Assembly (NCBI GenBank): GCA_040772485.1
Contig: JAXGYC010000007.1
Coordinates: forward strand, 288,001-352,000
Source of the DNA: Sedimentisphaerales bacterium
GTDB lineage: Bacteria; Planctomycetota; Phycisphaerae; Sedimentisphaerales; Anaerobacaceae
Length of the DNA: 64,000 bases
Direction: 5' to 3'
The position numbers and the translations under genes were made by a program. The notes beneath the pieces were generated by a model, which did not search any database, was not told the DNA's origin, and saw only the letters and a list, made by a program, of their open reading frames with translations. Below are positions 1 through 9,782 of the stretch, piece after piece. Within the stretch, counting starts at the first letter, position 1. Each line of letters opens with the position of its first letter.

Positions 1-219
1 CGGTTCAAGACCACACACTTCACGCCGTTTTACCTGGTGGCCTCCGATCCGGAGCCCGAAGACAGCGATGAATTCCCCGCCGGATGCTCGGTTTCTGCCA
101 CCGGCCACGGCTCGCCGAAGGAACTGGTCGTGCCCTACTCCATCGTTGCACTCGTGATGGCCGTTCTGAGGCGACGGGACCGGAGAAGACGGCATTCTCT
201 CGAAACGACCGAAGGATAA
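1..219 (+). CDS. 3' end of a secreted/surface protein with a Cys-containing C-terminal sorting signal (MYXO-CTERM/JDVT-CTERM-like); partial
   Basis: Frame 1 is open from the window edge: ...TTHFTPFYLVASDPEPEDSDEFPAGCSVS...LVVPYSIVALVMAVLRRRDRRRR. This is a GCS motif, a hydrophobic helix and an Arg cluster. Stop TAA at 217-219. Confidence 0.7.
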   Translation, partial: RFKTTHFTPFYLVASDPEPEDSDEFPAGCSVSATGHGSPKELVVPYSIVALVMAVLRRRDRRRRHSLETTEG

Positions 220-226
220 CAACTGA

Positions 227-970
227 ATGGATTCCTCGCGCGTACAATCCGGCCCGGCCGGCTCGATGTCCCTCGTCGAGCCGGCCGGCCCTTTTTGCGA
301 CCATGGCATCCGGCATCCGGCTCGGCTGGCGGCCGAGACGGTCCTGGTCACCGTCGGCGTGTTCCTGGCGGCACGCCTTGTCTGCATGGGACCGGTCGCC
401 AAGCTCCAGTGGCTCATGATTCCCGCCATTCTCGTGGCGGCGGCCTTGCTCCCCACGTGGACGGCCCGACGCCATTTCCCCCGCATCGGCCTCGATCGGA
501 ACCATGTCCAACAGACACTATGGACTGTTGTCACGGTTTCCGTCTGTGTCCTGCCCGTCACGCTTGCCGGAATCTGGATTGCTGCACGGTTGCGTATCCC
601 CATTCCCTTGCGGCCGGCCATCGACGGTCAAAACGGCTGGCTCGCCTGGCTGCTCCATCAACTCTTGTACGTCGCGGTCGCCGAGGAACTGTTCTTCCGC
701 GGCTATCTCCAGGCCAACGTCATGCGGCTGCTCGCCGCCCGCCCATGGCGATCACGCACCGTTCCGCAGTCCATCGCCATCGTCGCCTCCGCAGGCTGTT
801 TTGCGCTCGCCCACCTCTTTGTACAGGGTCGCGCCGTGGCCCTCGTGACGTTCCTGCCCGGTTTGCTGTTCGCCTGGCTCTTCGTCCGCACGCGGTCGCT
901 GCTGGGTCCCATCCTGTTTCATGGACTGGCCAACATCAGTTATGGGATCATGGCCCTGATGCTTGCGTAG
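227..970 (+). CDS. CPBP/CAAX-family glutamic intramembrane protease (candidate sorting enzyme)
   Basis: Multi-TM protein with motifs AEELFFRGYLQ, FALAH and HGLAN. Confidence 0.85.
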   Translation: MDSSRVQSGPAGSMSLVEPAGPFCDHGIRHPARLAAETVLVTVGVFLAARLVCMGPVAKLQWLMIPAILVAAALLPTWTARRHFPRIGLDRNHVQQTLWTVVTVSVCVLPVTLAGIWIAARLRIPIPLRPAIDGQNGWLAWLLHQLLYVAVAEELFFRGYLQANVMRLLAARPWRSRTVPQSIAIVASAGCFALAHLFVQGRAVALVTFLPGLLFAWLFVRTRSLLGPILFHGLANISYGIMALMLA

Positions 971-1157
971 CCGTACCCTCGCGACCCGGCCAGCACCTCT
1001 GCATGGGCCACCCTCGCCCGATAATACACAGCTCGCCGTTACATCGCTCGGCTTATCCGACCATCCACCGCCCTCTCACTCCTCCGTGTCAAGTGGCCGC
1101 CCTCCCAGGACGATAGAGTCAGCAGCGATCAGAGTACGTTTTTGGGAAAGATGACAG

Positions 1158-2036
1158 ATGAACGACAGGCAGATATCGAGGCTGTTCTGGGGAGCCAAGG
1201 CCCTGCTCATCGCCGCCTTGCTGTATGTGGCGATCGAGGCAATCTGGCGCCCCTCTGAGCCGGCGCCCGGACTGAAACCGAAGGCCGTCTCGGGCGGCGA
1301 ACGCGTCTCCAACGAAACTGGGCGGGCGCCAGACTCCCAGCCGGTTGCCGACTATTCCGTCATCGTCGAGAGCGGCCTGTTCGGGGCCACGGATCAGACG
1401 AACGCTGCGCCGACCTTGTCGTCCCCGCCGGCCGGCCCCCTGCGTTCGGCCGAAGCCCTCGGGCTGCGACTGGTGGGCATCGTGGCGGGCGGTCCCGCGA
1501 CGTCCCGCGCCATCATCGAAGACATGGCCACCCAGGCAACCAGCCCGTACAGGATCGGCGATGCCATCGCGTCCGCCACGATCCAGTCCATCGAATCGGA
1601 CCGAGTCGTTCTGATCCACAACGGACAGAGCAAGGTGCTGGTGCTGCATGCCGGCCGCGCCGCCAAAGGCCCGGCGCCGTTCGACGCCAACAACGTCGGT
1701 CAGGCGAATCCGCCGCGGCCTCTCGAGGCGGTCCAACCACCCTCTGCCCCTTCCGCTCGTCTCGGGTATGTGGAGGATCTGTTCCGCAGTGCCACGATCG
1801 AGCCGTACGTGAAGAACGGACGCACGGAAGGATTGAGGATCACCGGTCTCGAACAAAGCCCCTTGGCCGCAATCGTCGGGTTGAGGAACGGCGACATCGT
1901 TCAGACCGTCAACGGCCAGAGCCTTGACAGCAAACAGAAAGCATTCCAGGTCCTCAAGAAGGCCAGAACGCAGTCCACCATCAACATGCAACTGCTGCGG
2001 AACGGCAAGGCCAAAGACCTGTCACTGGACTTGTGA
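1158..2036 (+). CDS. gspC: Type II secretion protein C (TM, HR domain, C-terminal PDZ)
   Basis: N-terminal TM, LRLVGIV...AIIED HR domain, PDZ-like GLRNGDIVQTVNG; first gene of the T2SS operon. Confidence 0.85.
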   Translation: MNDRQISRLFWGAKALLIAALLYVAIEAIWRPSEPAPGLKPKAVSGGERVSNETGRAPDSQPVADYSVIVESGLFGATDQTNAAPTLSSPPAGPLRSAEALGLRLVGIVAGGPATSRAIIEDMATQATSPYRIGDAIASATIQSIESDRVVLIHNGQSKVLVLHAGRAAKGPAPFDANNVGQANPPRPLEAVQPPSAPSARLGYVEDLFRSATIEPYVKNGRTEGLRITGLEQSPLAAIVGLRNGDIVQTVNGQSLDSKQKAFQVLKKARTQSTINMQLLRNGKAKDLSLDL

Positions 2037-2052
2037 GATAGCGGAGAACACT

Positions 2053-4335
2053 TTGAATACGAAACATCGCAGCCCCTCGATAGACTCTTCATGCCGTGTG
2101 CAGGTCGCACGGGCGCACGTGGTTCGTCAATTCGGCCCGCCGGTCATGGCCTGGTGCATCCTTGCCCTGACATGTATCGGCTGTGGCGGACGCGCCGTTT
2201 CGTCCAGCGAGGTCGGTCCGATCCAGCCGCACGGGCGAGCCCGACAGAGAGCCTCTCAGCCAATCAATGAACCGCCGACTCCGGTAGTCGAATCCCCGTC
2301 GGATCTCGCTCCGACAACGTCCGGGGCCGAGACGCGCAACGTCGTCGCCCCCCCGCCACCGGCAATGCCCACATGGAATGTTCCACAGGCTACGACGGTT
2401 GAATCGGATGTCTGGACGACTGTCCCGGAAGTTGTGGAGACTCCGATCGAAAGAATGCCCTCGCCCCAGCGCATCTCCATCGGCGCCAGCGAGTCCGCCG
2501 CGCCGCCTGCTCCTGTCCCGGACCGCGGTTCCGCCGCGCCCCCTGAACCGTCACGCGGACGTGATGAAATGGTGCAGGTCAACTTCGAGGATGTGGATAT
2601 CCGGATCGTCCTGAAAACCATCGGTGAGATCACAGGCATCAATTTCATCCCGCACCAGAGCGTCAGCGGGACCGTGACGGTGATGTCGCCAACGCCGGTT
2701 CCGCTGGGGGAGATCTACCCGTTTCTCCAGTCGATCCTGGACGTGGCGGGATACGCCGCGGTCGAAACAGACAATGCGGTGAAGATCGTCCCGAAAGCCG
2801 AGGCCAGCAAACGCAATCTCGATGTGCGCATCGGCGCTGATCCCGAGGCGATTCCGAAGAGCGATACGATGGTCACGCAGATCCTCCCGCTGAAGTACGC
2901 CGACGCGGCCGAGATCAGCCAGATCGTTCAGCCTCTGCTGTCGACAGGGGCCCTGATGGCGACCTATCCAAAGACCAATTCGATCATGGTCACGGATACG
3001 TCCGCCAACATCCACCACATCGCGCAGATCGTCGCGCAGCTCGACGTGGAGGGCTCCCGAGAGAACGTGCTGCTGTTTCCGTTGACCTACGCTTCGGCCC
3101 AGGTGCTCAGCGAACAGATCATGCAGATCCTGGACGAAAACCAGGCCGTTGCCTCCGCAGCCGGCCGGACACGGTCTACGCCGACCGTAGGCCAGCGCAC
3201 GAAGGTCCTGCCGGACGATCGGACCAACGCCCTGATCGTCGTGGGCGACACACAGGATATCGACACGATCCGGCGGCTCGTCGCCCAGCTCGACGTCGAA
3301 CGGCCGACCAACGCCGGCAACGTCCACGTGACCTATCTGAAGAACGCCGACGCCAATGATGTGGCGCCCGCGTTGGAGGCGGCGCTGGCCGGCATGCGGG
3401 TGACCGACCCGGCCGATACGCGACTGCCGATCCAGGTGACCGCCGATCCGAGCACGAACTCGCTCATCATCGTGGCCTCGCCTCAGGACTTCGCGATGAT
3501 CTCGCAGATCGTCGAGAAGCTGGATATCGTTCGCGAACAGGTTCTGGTCGAGATGACGATCCTGGAGATCGGCGAAGACACTCTGAAGGAACTGGGCGTC
3601 GACTGGGCAACGCTGGATGAGGCCGTCTCCAACAGCGTCCGTGGCTTTGCGGCAACGAACCTGGGACCCTTCGTCAACTATGCCCGCGGCGACCTCGAAG
3701 GTCTCGCCGTGGGCGCCTGGAAGGGCGACAATATCGGCGTACTGCTGCAAGCGCTGCAAAAGGAGTCCGGAGTCAATATCCTTTCGACGCCGCACGTGCT
3801 GACCTCGAACCACCGCACGGCCAAGATTGTCGTGGGCGAAAACACCCCGTTCGTCGTCCAGTCGCGCATCACCGAGACGACGGATCTCCTCACGCCCACC
3901 GTGATCAAGCAGTACGAATACAAGGACGTGGGCATCACGCTGGAGATCACGCCGCACGTCAACCAGGGCGGGCCCGTGCGACTCCAGATCGACAGCGAAT
4001 TCACGAAGCTGGTCGAGAGTGTGACCGCCTCGTCGTCGGATACGCCGACCACCGCCAAGCGCAGCGCCCAGACGATCGTCACGATGAACAGCGGCAACAC
4101 CGTGGTCATCGGCGGCCTGATCCGGGACGACAAGACGCAGGTCCAGAACAAGGTCCCGCTCGTCGGCGACGTGCCCGTGGTCGGGAATCTGTTCCGATGG
4201 CAGCGAGACCGCGTGCAGAAGACGAACCTGCTGATCTTCATCACCCCGTACGTAATGACCAGCCAGGAGGAGCTGCAACAGGTGACGGAGCAGAAGAGGG
4301 AACAGATGCTCCCGCTTCTGGAAAACAGTCGCTGA
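2053..4335 (+). CDS. gspD: Type II secretion secretin, with lipobox-like signal and Pro-rich N-terminal linker
   Basis: VNFEDVDI N0 domain, repeated N domains (LKYADA, LTYASA, LKNADA) and secretin motif VPLVGDVPVVGNLFR...KTNLLIFITP. Start assigned to TTG 2053 after GGAG (uncertain). Confidence 0.92.
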   Translation: MNTKHRSPSIDSSCRVQVARAHVVRQFGPPVMAWCILALTCIGCGGRAVSSSEVGPIQPHGRARQRASQPINEPPTPVVESPSDLAPTTSGAETRNVVAPPPPAMPTWNVPQATTVESDVWTTVPEVVETPIERMPSPQRISIGASESAAPPAPVPDRGSAAPPEPSRGRDEMVQVNFEDVDIRIVLKTIGEITGINFIPHQSVSGTVTVMSPTPVPLGEIYPFLQSILDVAGYAAVETDNAVKIVPKAEASKRNLDVRIGADPEAIPKSDTMVTQILPLKYADAAEISQIVQPLLSTGALMATYPKTNSIMVTDTSANIHHIAQIVAQLDVEGSRENVLLFPLTYASAQVLSEQIMQILDENQAVASAAGRTRSTPTVGQRTKVLPDDRTNALIVVGDTQDIDTIRRLVAQLDVERPTNAGNVHVTYLKNADANDVAPALEAALAGMRVTDPADTRLPIQVTADPSTNSLIIVASPQDFAMISQIVEKLDIVREQVLVEMTILEIGEDTLKELGVDWATLDEAVSNSVRGFAATNLGPFVNYARGDLEGLAVGAWKGDNIGVLLQALQKESGVNILSTPHVLTSNHRTAKIVVGENTPFVVQSRITETTDLLTPTVIKQYEYKDVGITLEITPHVNQGGPVRLQIDSEFTKLVESVTASSSDTPTTAKRSAQTIVTMNSGNTVVIGGLIRDDKTQVQNKVPLVGDVPVVGNLFRWQRDRVQKTNLLIFITPYVMTSQEELQQVTEQKREQMLPLLENSR

Positions 4336-4391
4336 TCCCTGGGGGTCGGACAATCCGTACGTGGATCGCATCCGTGCGAGGAGGTTGATTC

Positions 4392-5990
4392 GTGAAAACA
4401 GGACAGGCCGAACGGATAGAAGGCCAACAGCTTTGGAAGATCGCGCCCGAGCAGTTGAACGCCGATCTCGTACGACGACTGCCGCTGGAGTTCCTCAAGA
4501 AGCAGTGCGCGATCCCCATCGTGATGGAGGACGGCAGCACGGCGGTGGCTCTGGCGGACCTGCTGAACGTCGAGGCGTACGACGCCATTGTCGGCGTCCT
4601 GGGCCAGGCCTGTCCCCGCGTGCGGTGTCCGGCGCCGGAGATCGAAAACGCCATCAGTCAGTGCTACTACCATGCCGCCGAAGGCGAACGCGACGCGGAC
4701 GCGCTCGGCGAAACCTACGCGCCCGACAACAGCGCGAGCACCAGCTCGGTGCAGACGCATGCGGAAGACCTGCTGAACATCGCCAACAAGGCCCCGGCGA
4801 TCAAGCTGGTCAACAAGATTCTGTTCGAGGCGGTTCACAGCCGGGCCAGCGACATTCACATCGAACCCTATGAAGCAGAGGTCAAAGTCCGCTTTCGAGT
4901 GGACGGCGTGCTGCACAACGTCCTGAGCCTGCCGAAACCGCAGGCCGCGCCGCTGTTGTCGCGTCTGAAGATCATGGCCAATCTCAATATCGCAGAGCAT
5001 CGACTGCCGCAGGACGGGCAGAGCCGCGTGCGCATAGGCGACGAGCTGGTGGATATCCGCGTCTCGGTGATCCCTACCGCCGGCGGCGAACGTGTGGTGC
5101 TCCGACTGCTCGACAGGGGCCGAGGCCGGCTTAGTCTCGAAGACGTGGGCTTCACGCCCGATCTGTTGAAGGTCTTTCGCGAGCTGATCGGGATCTCCCA
5201 CGGAATCATCCTGTTGACCGGCCCGACCGGCAGCGGCAAGACAACGACGCTGTACGCGGCGCTCAACGAACTCAACAGCGAAGAACGGAACATCCTGACG
5301 GCGGAAGACCCGGTCGAGTACCAGTTGCCTGGGGTCGGCCAGATGCAGATCCGGCCGAAGATCGAACTGACCTTCGCCAGTTGCCTGCGCCACATCCTCC
5401 GGCAGGACCCCGACGTCATCATGATCGGGGAGATTCGCGATCTGGAGACGGCGGAAATCGCCATCCAGGCGTCGCTGACGGGGCACCTGGTGTTGAGCAC
5501 ACTTCACACGAACGACGCCGCTTCGGCGGTCACCCGGCTGATCGACATGGGCATCGAACCGTACCTGATCTCCTCGTCCGTCGTCGGAGTGATGGCCCAA
5601 CGCCTCTTGCGCGTGATCTGTCCCGACTGCAAGCAGCCCTATCACCCCCAGGACGTCGAAGAAGTCAAAGCCGAACTGAGGCGGCTTGGCCAGAGCCGGG
5701 TTCAGTTGTATCGAGGGGGCGGATGCGAGAACTGCCTCCGCACCGGGTACATCGGGCGAACGGGGATCTTCGAACTGATGCTGGTCGACGATCAGATCAA
5801 GGACCTCATCATCCAGCGTCGCGGCGCACACATCATCAAGGAAGCCGCCGTGCAGAAGGGAATGACGACGTTGCGCGAAGACGGTATGCGCCGCGTCCTG
5901 GCCGGCGTCACGACCCTCGAAGAGGTTTATCGAGTCACACAGGACAGCGTCAAGACAAGCCGAGAGGTGGGCAACCATGCCGGCCGTTGA
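4392..5990 (+). CDS. gspE: Type II secretion ATPase
   Basis: ASDIHIEP, Walker A GPTGSGKTT, LRQDPDVIMIGEIRD, TGHLVLSTLHTN and CxxC...CxxC. Confidence 0.95.
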   Translation: MKTGQAERIEGQQLWKIAPEQLNADLVRRLPLEFLKKQCAIPIVMEDGSTAVALADLLNVEAYDAIVGVLGQACPRVRCPAPEIENAISQCYYHAAEGERDADALGETYAPDNSASTSSVQTHAEDLLNIANKAPAIKLVNKILFEAVHSRASDIHIEPYEAEVKVRFRVDGVLHNVLSLPKPQAAPLLSRLKIMANLNIAEHRLPQDGQSRVRIGDELVDIRVSVIPTAGGERVVLRLLDRGRGRLSLEDVGFTPDLLKVFRELIGISHGIILLTGPTGSGKTTTLYAALNELNSEERNILTAEDPVEYQLPGVGQMQIRPKIELTFASCLRHILRQDPDVIMIGEIRDLETAEIAIQASLTGHLVLSTLHTNDAASAVTRLIDMGIEPYLISSSVVGVMAQRLLRVICPDCKQPYHPQDVEEVKAELRRLGQSRVQLYRGGGCENCLRTGYIGRTGIFELMLVDDQIKDLIIQRRGAHIIKEAAVQKGMTTLREDGMRRVLAGVTTLEEVYRVTQDSVKTSREVGNHAGR

Positions 5991-7161
5991 ACCACAGATC
6001 CAACTGCGCATGCGAAGGTCGAATGCGCCGGCCCGCCCGGCGTCGACGCCGGGCCGCGCTCCTCGGACACAGGGACAGGACCTGCTCCGACGCGCGAGCA
6101 CCAGGGATCTGAGCCGTCTGGCCCGCCAGTTGTCCACGCTGCTGCATGCGGGGATGCCGCTGGTGCCGGCCCTGTCGGCCCTGGTCGAACAGATGCAGGG
6201 AACACCGCAGAACCGCGGGGTCCGTTGGGGGTACTCGGCCGATCCGCTGGCTCCGATCGTGGCACGCGTTCGCGACGACGTCAATGCCGGCAGCAGTCTG
6301 GCGGAGGCTCTGGGCAAACACCCCCATCTGTTCTCGCCGCTGTTCGTCAACATGGTTGCCGCCGGAGAGACCAGCGGCGCCCTTGAAGCAGTGCTGGCGC
6401 GCCTGGCGGACATCCTCGAAAAACGCGTGCGACTGACCGGCAAGGTCAAGGCGGCCGTCGCCTATCCGGCGATGATGGCGGTCGTCGCGCTCGGCGTGGT
6501 CATGTTTCTGTTGTCTTTCGTGGTGCCCAGCATCTCGGAACTCTTCGTGAAGATGAACCAGGAGTTGCCTCTGCCGACCCGAATACTCATCGGCATCAGC
6601 AGCTTCGCCAGAGCACATGTCGTGCTCATCCTCATGGCGGTTGCCGGGATGGTCGTCGCCCTGGTGGGCCTGGCCAGGACACAGGACGGCCGTCGGTGGA
6701 CGGACCGGATCAAACTCCGGCTGCCCCTGTTCGGTCCGTTGTTCTTCAAGCTGGAAGTGGCCCGGCTGACGCGAACGTTGGGGACGCTGATGAACAGCGG
6801 CATCCCCGTCATCACCGCGATGGAAATCAGCCAGAAGATCAGTCAGAACCACGTAATGACCGAGGCCACGGAGCACATCAAGGAAGGGGTCCATCGAGGG
6901 GAGACGATCGCCAACGCGGTCCGGGCAACCGGCCTGTTCCCGCCGGTGGTCTTCCACGTGATCCAGACCGGCCAGATGACCGGCACCGTCGAGGATGGCC
7001 TGCTGTACATCGCGGAGATGTACGATGGCGAAGTCGAGGCCACTGTGCGCACCCTGACGGCCCTGCTCGAACCGATGATCCTGCTGCTGATGGGTGGCGT
7101 GGTGGGCTTCATCGTTCTTTCGATTCTGCTGCCCATCTTCGAAATCAATCAGGCTTTGTAG
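5977..7161 (+). CDS. gspF: Type II secretion inner membrane platform protein F
   Basis: RQLSTLLHAGMPL, AGETSGAL, AYP, LLEP; three TMs. Confidence 0.93.
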   Translation: MPAVEPQIQLRMRRSNAPARPASTPGRAPRTQGQDLLRRASTRDLSRLARQLSTLLHAGMPLVPALSALVEQMQGTPQNRGVRWGYSADPLAPIVARVRDDVNAGSSLAEALGKHPHLFSPLFVNMVAAGETSGALEAVLARLADILEKRVRLTGKVKAAVAYPAMMAVVALGVVMFLLSFVVPSISELFVKMNQELPLPTRILIGISSFARAHVVLILMAVAGMVVALVGLARTQDGRRWTDRIKLRLPLFGPLFFKLEVARLTRTLGTLMNSGIPVITAMEISQKISQNHVMTEATEHIKEGVHRGETIANAVRATGLFPPVVFHVIQTGQMTGTVEDGLLYIAEMYDGEVEATVRTLTALLEPMILLLMGGVVGFIVLSILLPIFEINQAL

Positions 7162-7172
7162 GGAACCATGCC

Positions 7173-7616
7173 ATGCAAAACCGAGCGGTTCATACGATGC
7201 ACCGACAAAAGGGTTTCACTCTCATCGAACTGATGATCGTCGTGGTGATTCTGGGCCTGCTGGCCACGATTATCATGCCGAAGATTCTGGGCCGTCCGGA
7301 ACAGGCCCGCCGGGTCAAAGCCAAAGCCGACATCCGCAGTATTCAGTCGGCGCTGGCCCTGTTCAAGACCGACACCGGCCGCTTTCCGACCACGTCCGAG
7401 GGTCTCGAAGCTCTGGTCAGCGATCCCGGGATCAAGGGCTACAATTCCGACGGATATCTCGACGCCGTGCCCGTTGACCCGTGGGGCAACAAGTACATCT
7501 ACATAAGCCCCGGCGTCCACAGCAAAGACTATGACCTGGTGTCGTCAGGCAAAGACGGTGAGATCGGCGGCGTGGAGGACGACGCGGACATCGAATCCTG
7601 GGACCTTCAGAGCTGA
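7173..7616 (+). CDS. gspG: Major pseudopilin G
   Basis: Prepilin site KG|FTLIELMIVVVILG; PTTSEGLEAL and DPWGNKYIY...GKDG. ATG at 7173. Confidence 0.95.
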   Translation: MQNRAVHTMHRQKGFTLIELMIVVVILGLLATIIMPKILGRPEQARRVKAKADIRSIQSALALFKTDTGRFPTTSEGLEALVSDPGIKGYNSDGYLDAVPVDPWGNKYIYISPGVHSKDYDLVSSGKDGEIGGVEDDADIESWDLQS

Positions 7617-7651
7617 GATGGCGGCTGTACAGGAACTGCGGACAGAAGACC

Positions 7652-8074
7652 ATGAACCGTCGCAGAATCCGATGGAAAGCATTTACATTCCTCGAAGTCC
7701 TCATCGCGCTGGCGATCGCGTCCATCGCGCTGTTGGGCCTGCTCCGGCTGCATCTGCTGAGTCTGGCCACAGCCGACGCCGCCCAGGCGACGACCCAGGC
7801 GGTGTTCGTGGCCCAGGCCGGGATTGCGGAAGCCTCCGCAGAAGGATTCCCCAGACAAGGAACCACATCGGGCACTGTTGAGAGAAACGGGCAGCTTTAC
7901 GCCTGGAAGACCGAGGTCCGAGGCATCGCCAGACTCGGCGACGGTCGTCTGCCCCAGGATGGTCTGCGCGAGGTTTCCACGACAGTCACGTGGAAACAGG
8001 CCTCGGACGAGAAGACGATGACCATGACAACGTACGTTGCGGACACCCGAATCCATGAGCAAACGGCGCCTTAA
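7652..8074 (+). CDS. gspI: Minor pseudopilin I-like
   Basis: Prepilin-like KA|FTFLEVLIALAI; position in the operon. Confidence 0.75.
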   Translation: MNRRRIRWKAFTFLEVLIALAIASIALLGLLRLHLLSLATADAAQATTQAVFVAQAGIAEASAEGFPRQGTTSGTVERNGQLYAWKTEVRGIARLGDGRLPQDGLREVSTTVTWKQASDEKTMTMTTYVADTRIHEQTAP

Positions 8075-8747
8075 TCCCGGTTTCACACTGCTTGAGATGC
8101 TTGTCGCACTGGCGATGATCGCCACGATCGTCTCGATGGTGTATGGCAGCTACGCCGCCACGTCACGGTCGATGGAGGCCTATGACAGCCGCCTGATGTG
8201 CTCGCAGCGGGCCGACCTGGTTCTGCGCCTGATGGCCAGGCAGCTTCGGTGCGCGTACCGTCGCCCCGATGAGCCAAACGCCACAGAGTCGGACCAGGCC
8301 AGTGAGATTCGCCGGCCGAAGCCGCACCCCGCGTTTCTCGGCGGCACCCGAAATCCGCACGGCGAGGTGCTGGACTTCCTGACCACGGCCCCCCTCGCCG
8401 GCGGACCGAACGGCTCGCAGGGTCTTGTCCGCGCAGGCTACCGGCACGATCCGGCGACACGGACACTGGCGGTGCGCAGTCGGCCCGCCACCGACTCGAT
8501 CCATATGGACGATGCGGCCGCGCAATGGCAGACCGTGCTGCACCAGGTTGCCGACGTCGAAGTTGAATTCCATGACGGCCTTCGATGGCAATCTCACTGG
8601 AATTCCGACACGAGCGGGAGGCTGCCGCGTGCCGTGAGATTTGGCCTCACGGTGACAGACGAGGAAAATCGCATCTATCACTGCGCCACCACCATCGAGA
8701 TACTGAACGCCGCGACCGATCGAAAGAACGGGAGGCAAACGCGATGA
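8055..8747 (+). CDS. gspJ: Minor pseudopilin J-like
   Basis: PG|FTLLEMLVALAM; C-terminal W..W...LPRAV motif. Confidence 0.8.
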   Translation: MSKRRLNPGFTLLEMLVALAMIATIVSMVYGSYAATSRSMEAYDSRLMCSQRADLVLRLMARQLRCAYRRPDEPNATESDQASEIRRPKPHPAFLGGTRNPHGEVLDFLTTAPLAGGPNGSQGLVRAGYRHDPATRTLAVRSRPATDSIHMDDAAAQWQTVLHQVADVEVEFHDGLRWQSHWNSDTSGRLPRAVRFGLTVTDEENRIYHCATTIEILNAATDRKNGRQTR

Positions 8748-9733
8748 ACGGCCCCGCATATCGATGCCGTCAGAACGGGTTCATTCTCGTCGTCGTCCTG
8801 GCCATGGTCCTGCTGCTGTCGGCCCTGCTGTTTGCGTTCCATCGCACCGCGCGCGGGAGCCTGGAAATGGCGGAGAGCCTGCGTCAGTCCGAACGGGCGA
8901 TGCAATGCGCCCGCGCTGGCCTGAGCCTGGCGATCGCCGCCATTGCGGAAACCAACGACGTGACGAACGACCATCGTTTCGCCGATCTGCGAACCGGAAG
9001 AGAGGCATTCACGCTCAATGGCGGCACCTGCACGGTGAGCATCACGGAAGAAAGCGGTCGGATCAACGTCAACACACTCAAGGACAAGAACGGCCAGCTC
9101 CATCGAAGGCAGATCGATCAACTGCTCCGCCTGATCGACCTGTTGAACCGCCGGAAGGACGCCGGGCAGCGCATCGGGTACGAGGTGGTCGCAGCCATCA
9201 TTGACTGGATCGATCCGGATGACGAAGTGACCCTGTTGCCGTTCGTCCATGCCGCAGGTCAGGGCGCTGAGAGCAGCTACTATCAGACTCTCAGACCTTC
9301 CTACCGATGTCAAAACGGGCCGATGGACGCTATCGACGAACTGCAATGGGTCAAGGGGGTCACGCCGGAGGCCTTCGCCCTCCTGCGTGACCTGCTGACA
9401 ACGACCGGCAGCGGGCGGATCAACATCAACGCCGCTCCCCAGCTTGTCATCGAGTCGCTCTGTGAGCAAATGGACTCGGCCCTGGCCCGAATGATCGTCC
9501 AACGACGCGAATTCAAGCCATTCGACACAGTGCCCGACCTCCGGCAGGTCCCGGGAATGACCGATAATGTCTACCTGGCCATCCAGGACGCGATCGAAGT
9601 CCAGCCCAGAGACGCTTATTACCGCGTCAGTACGCAAGGACGGATCGAAGATCGGACCTTGGGAATTGAAGCGCTGCTCCACCGAAACACGCAGACGGGA
9701 AATGTCGATATTATCCTCTACCGGGAGTCGTAA
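8744..9733 (+). CDS. gspK: Minor pseudopilin K
   Basis: NGFILVVVL, EESGRININ-type motifs, IIDWIDPD and ELQWVKG; ATGA overlap with gspJ. Confidence 0.9.
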   Translation: MNGPAYRCRQNGFILVVVLAMVLLLSALLFAFHRTARGSLEMAESLRQSERAMQCARAGLSLAIAAIAETNDVTNDHRFADLRTGREAFTLNGGTCTVSITEESGRINVNTLKDKNGQLHRRQIDQLLRLIDLLNRRKDAGQRIGYEVVAAIIDWIDPDDEVTLLPFVHAAGQGAESSYYQTLRPSYRCQNGPMDAIDELQWVKGVTPEAFALLRDLLTTTGSGRININAAPQLVIESLCEQMDSALARMIVQRREFKPFDTVPDLRQVPGMTDNVYLAIQDAIEVQPRDAYYRVSTQGRIEDRTLGIEALLHRNTQTGNVDIILYRES

Positions 9734-9782
9734 CCGCAACGCGCTTCGTTAGGGCTTCGGAGGAAGGACAAAAGGCAGGATC

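Noticed and set aside
2551..6449. Very long antisense ORFs (606 aa, 923 aa) and similar ones elsewhere, e.g. 42753-45116 and 46940-49711
   Set aside because: They are shadows of well-supported genes on the opposite strand, expected from GC-rich codon bias, and show no protein motifs.
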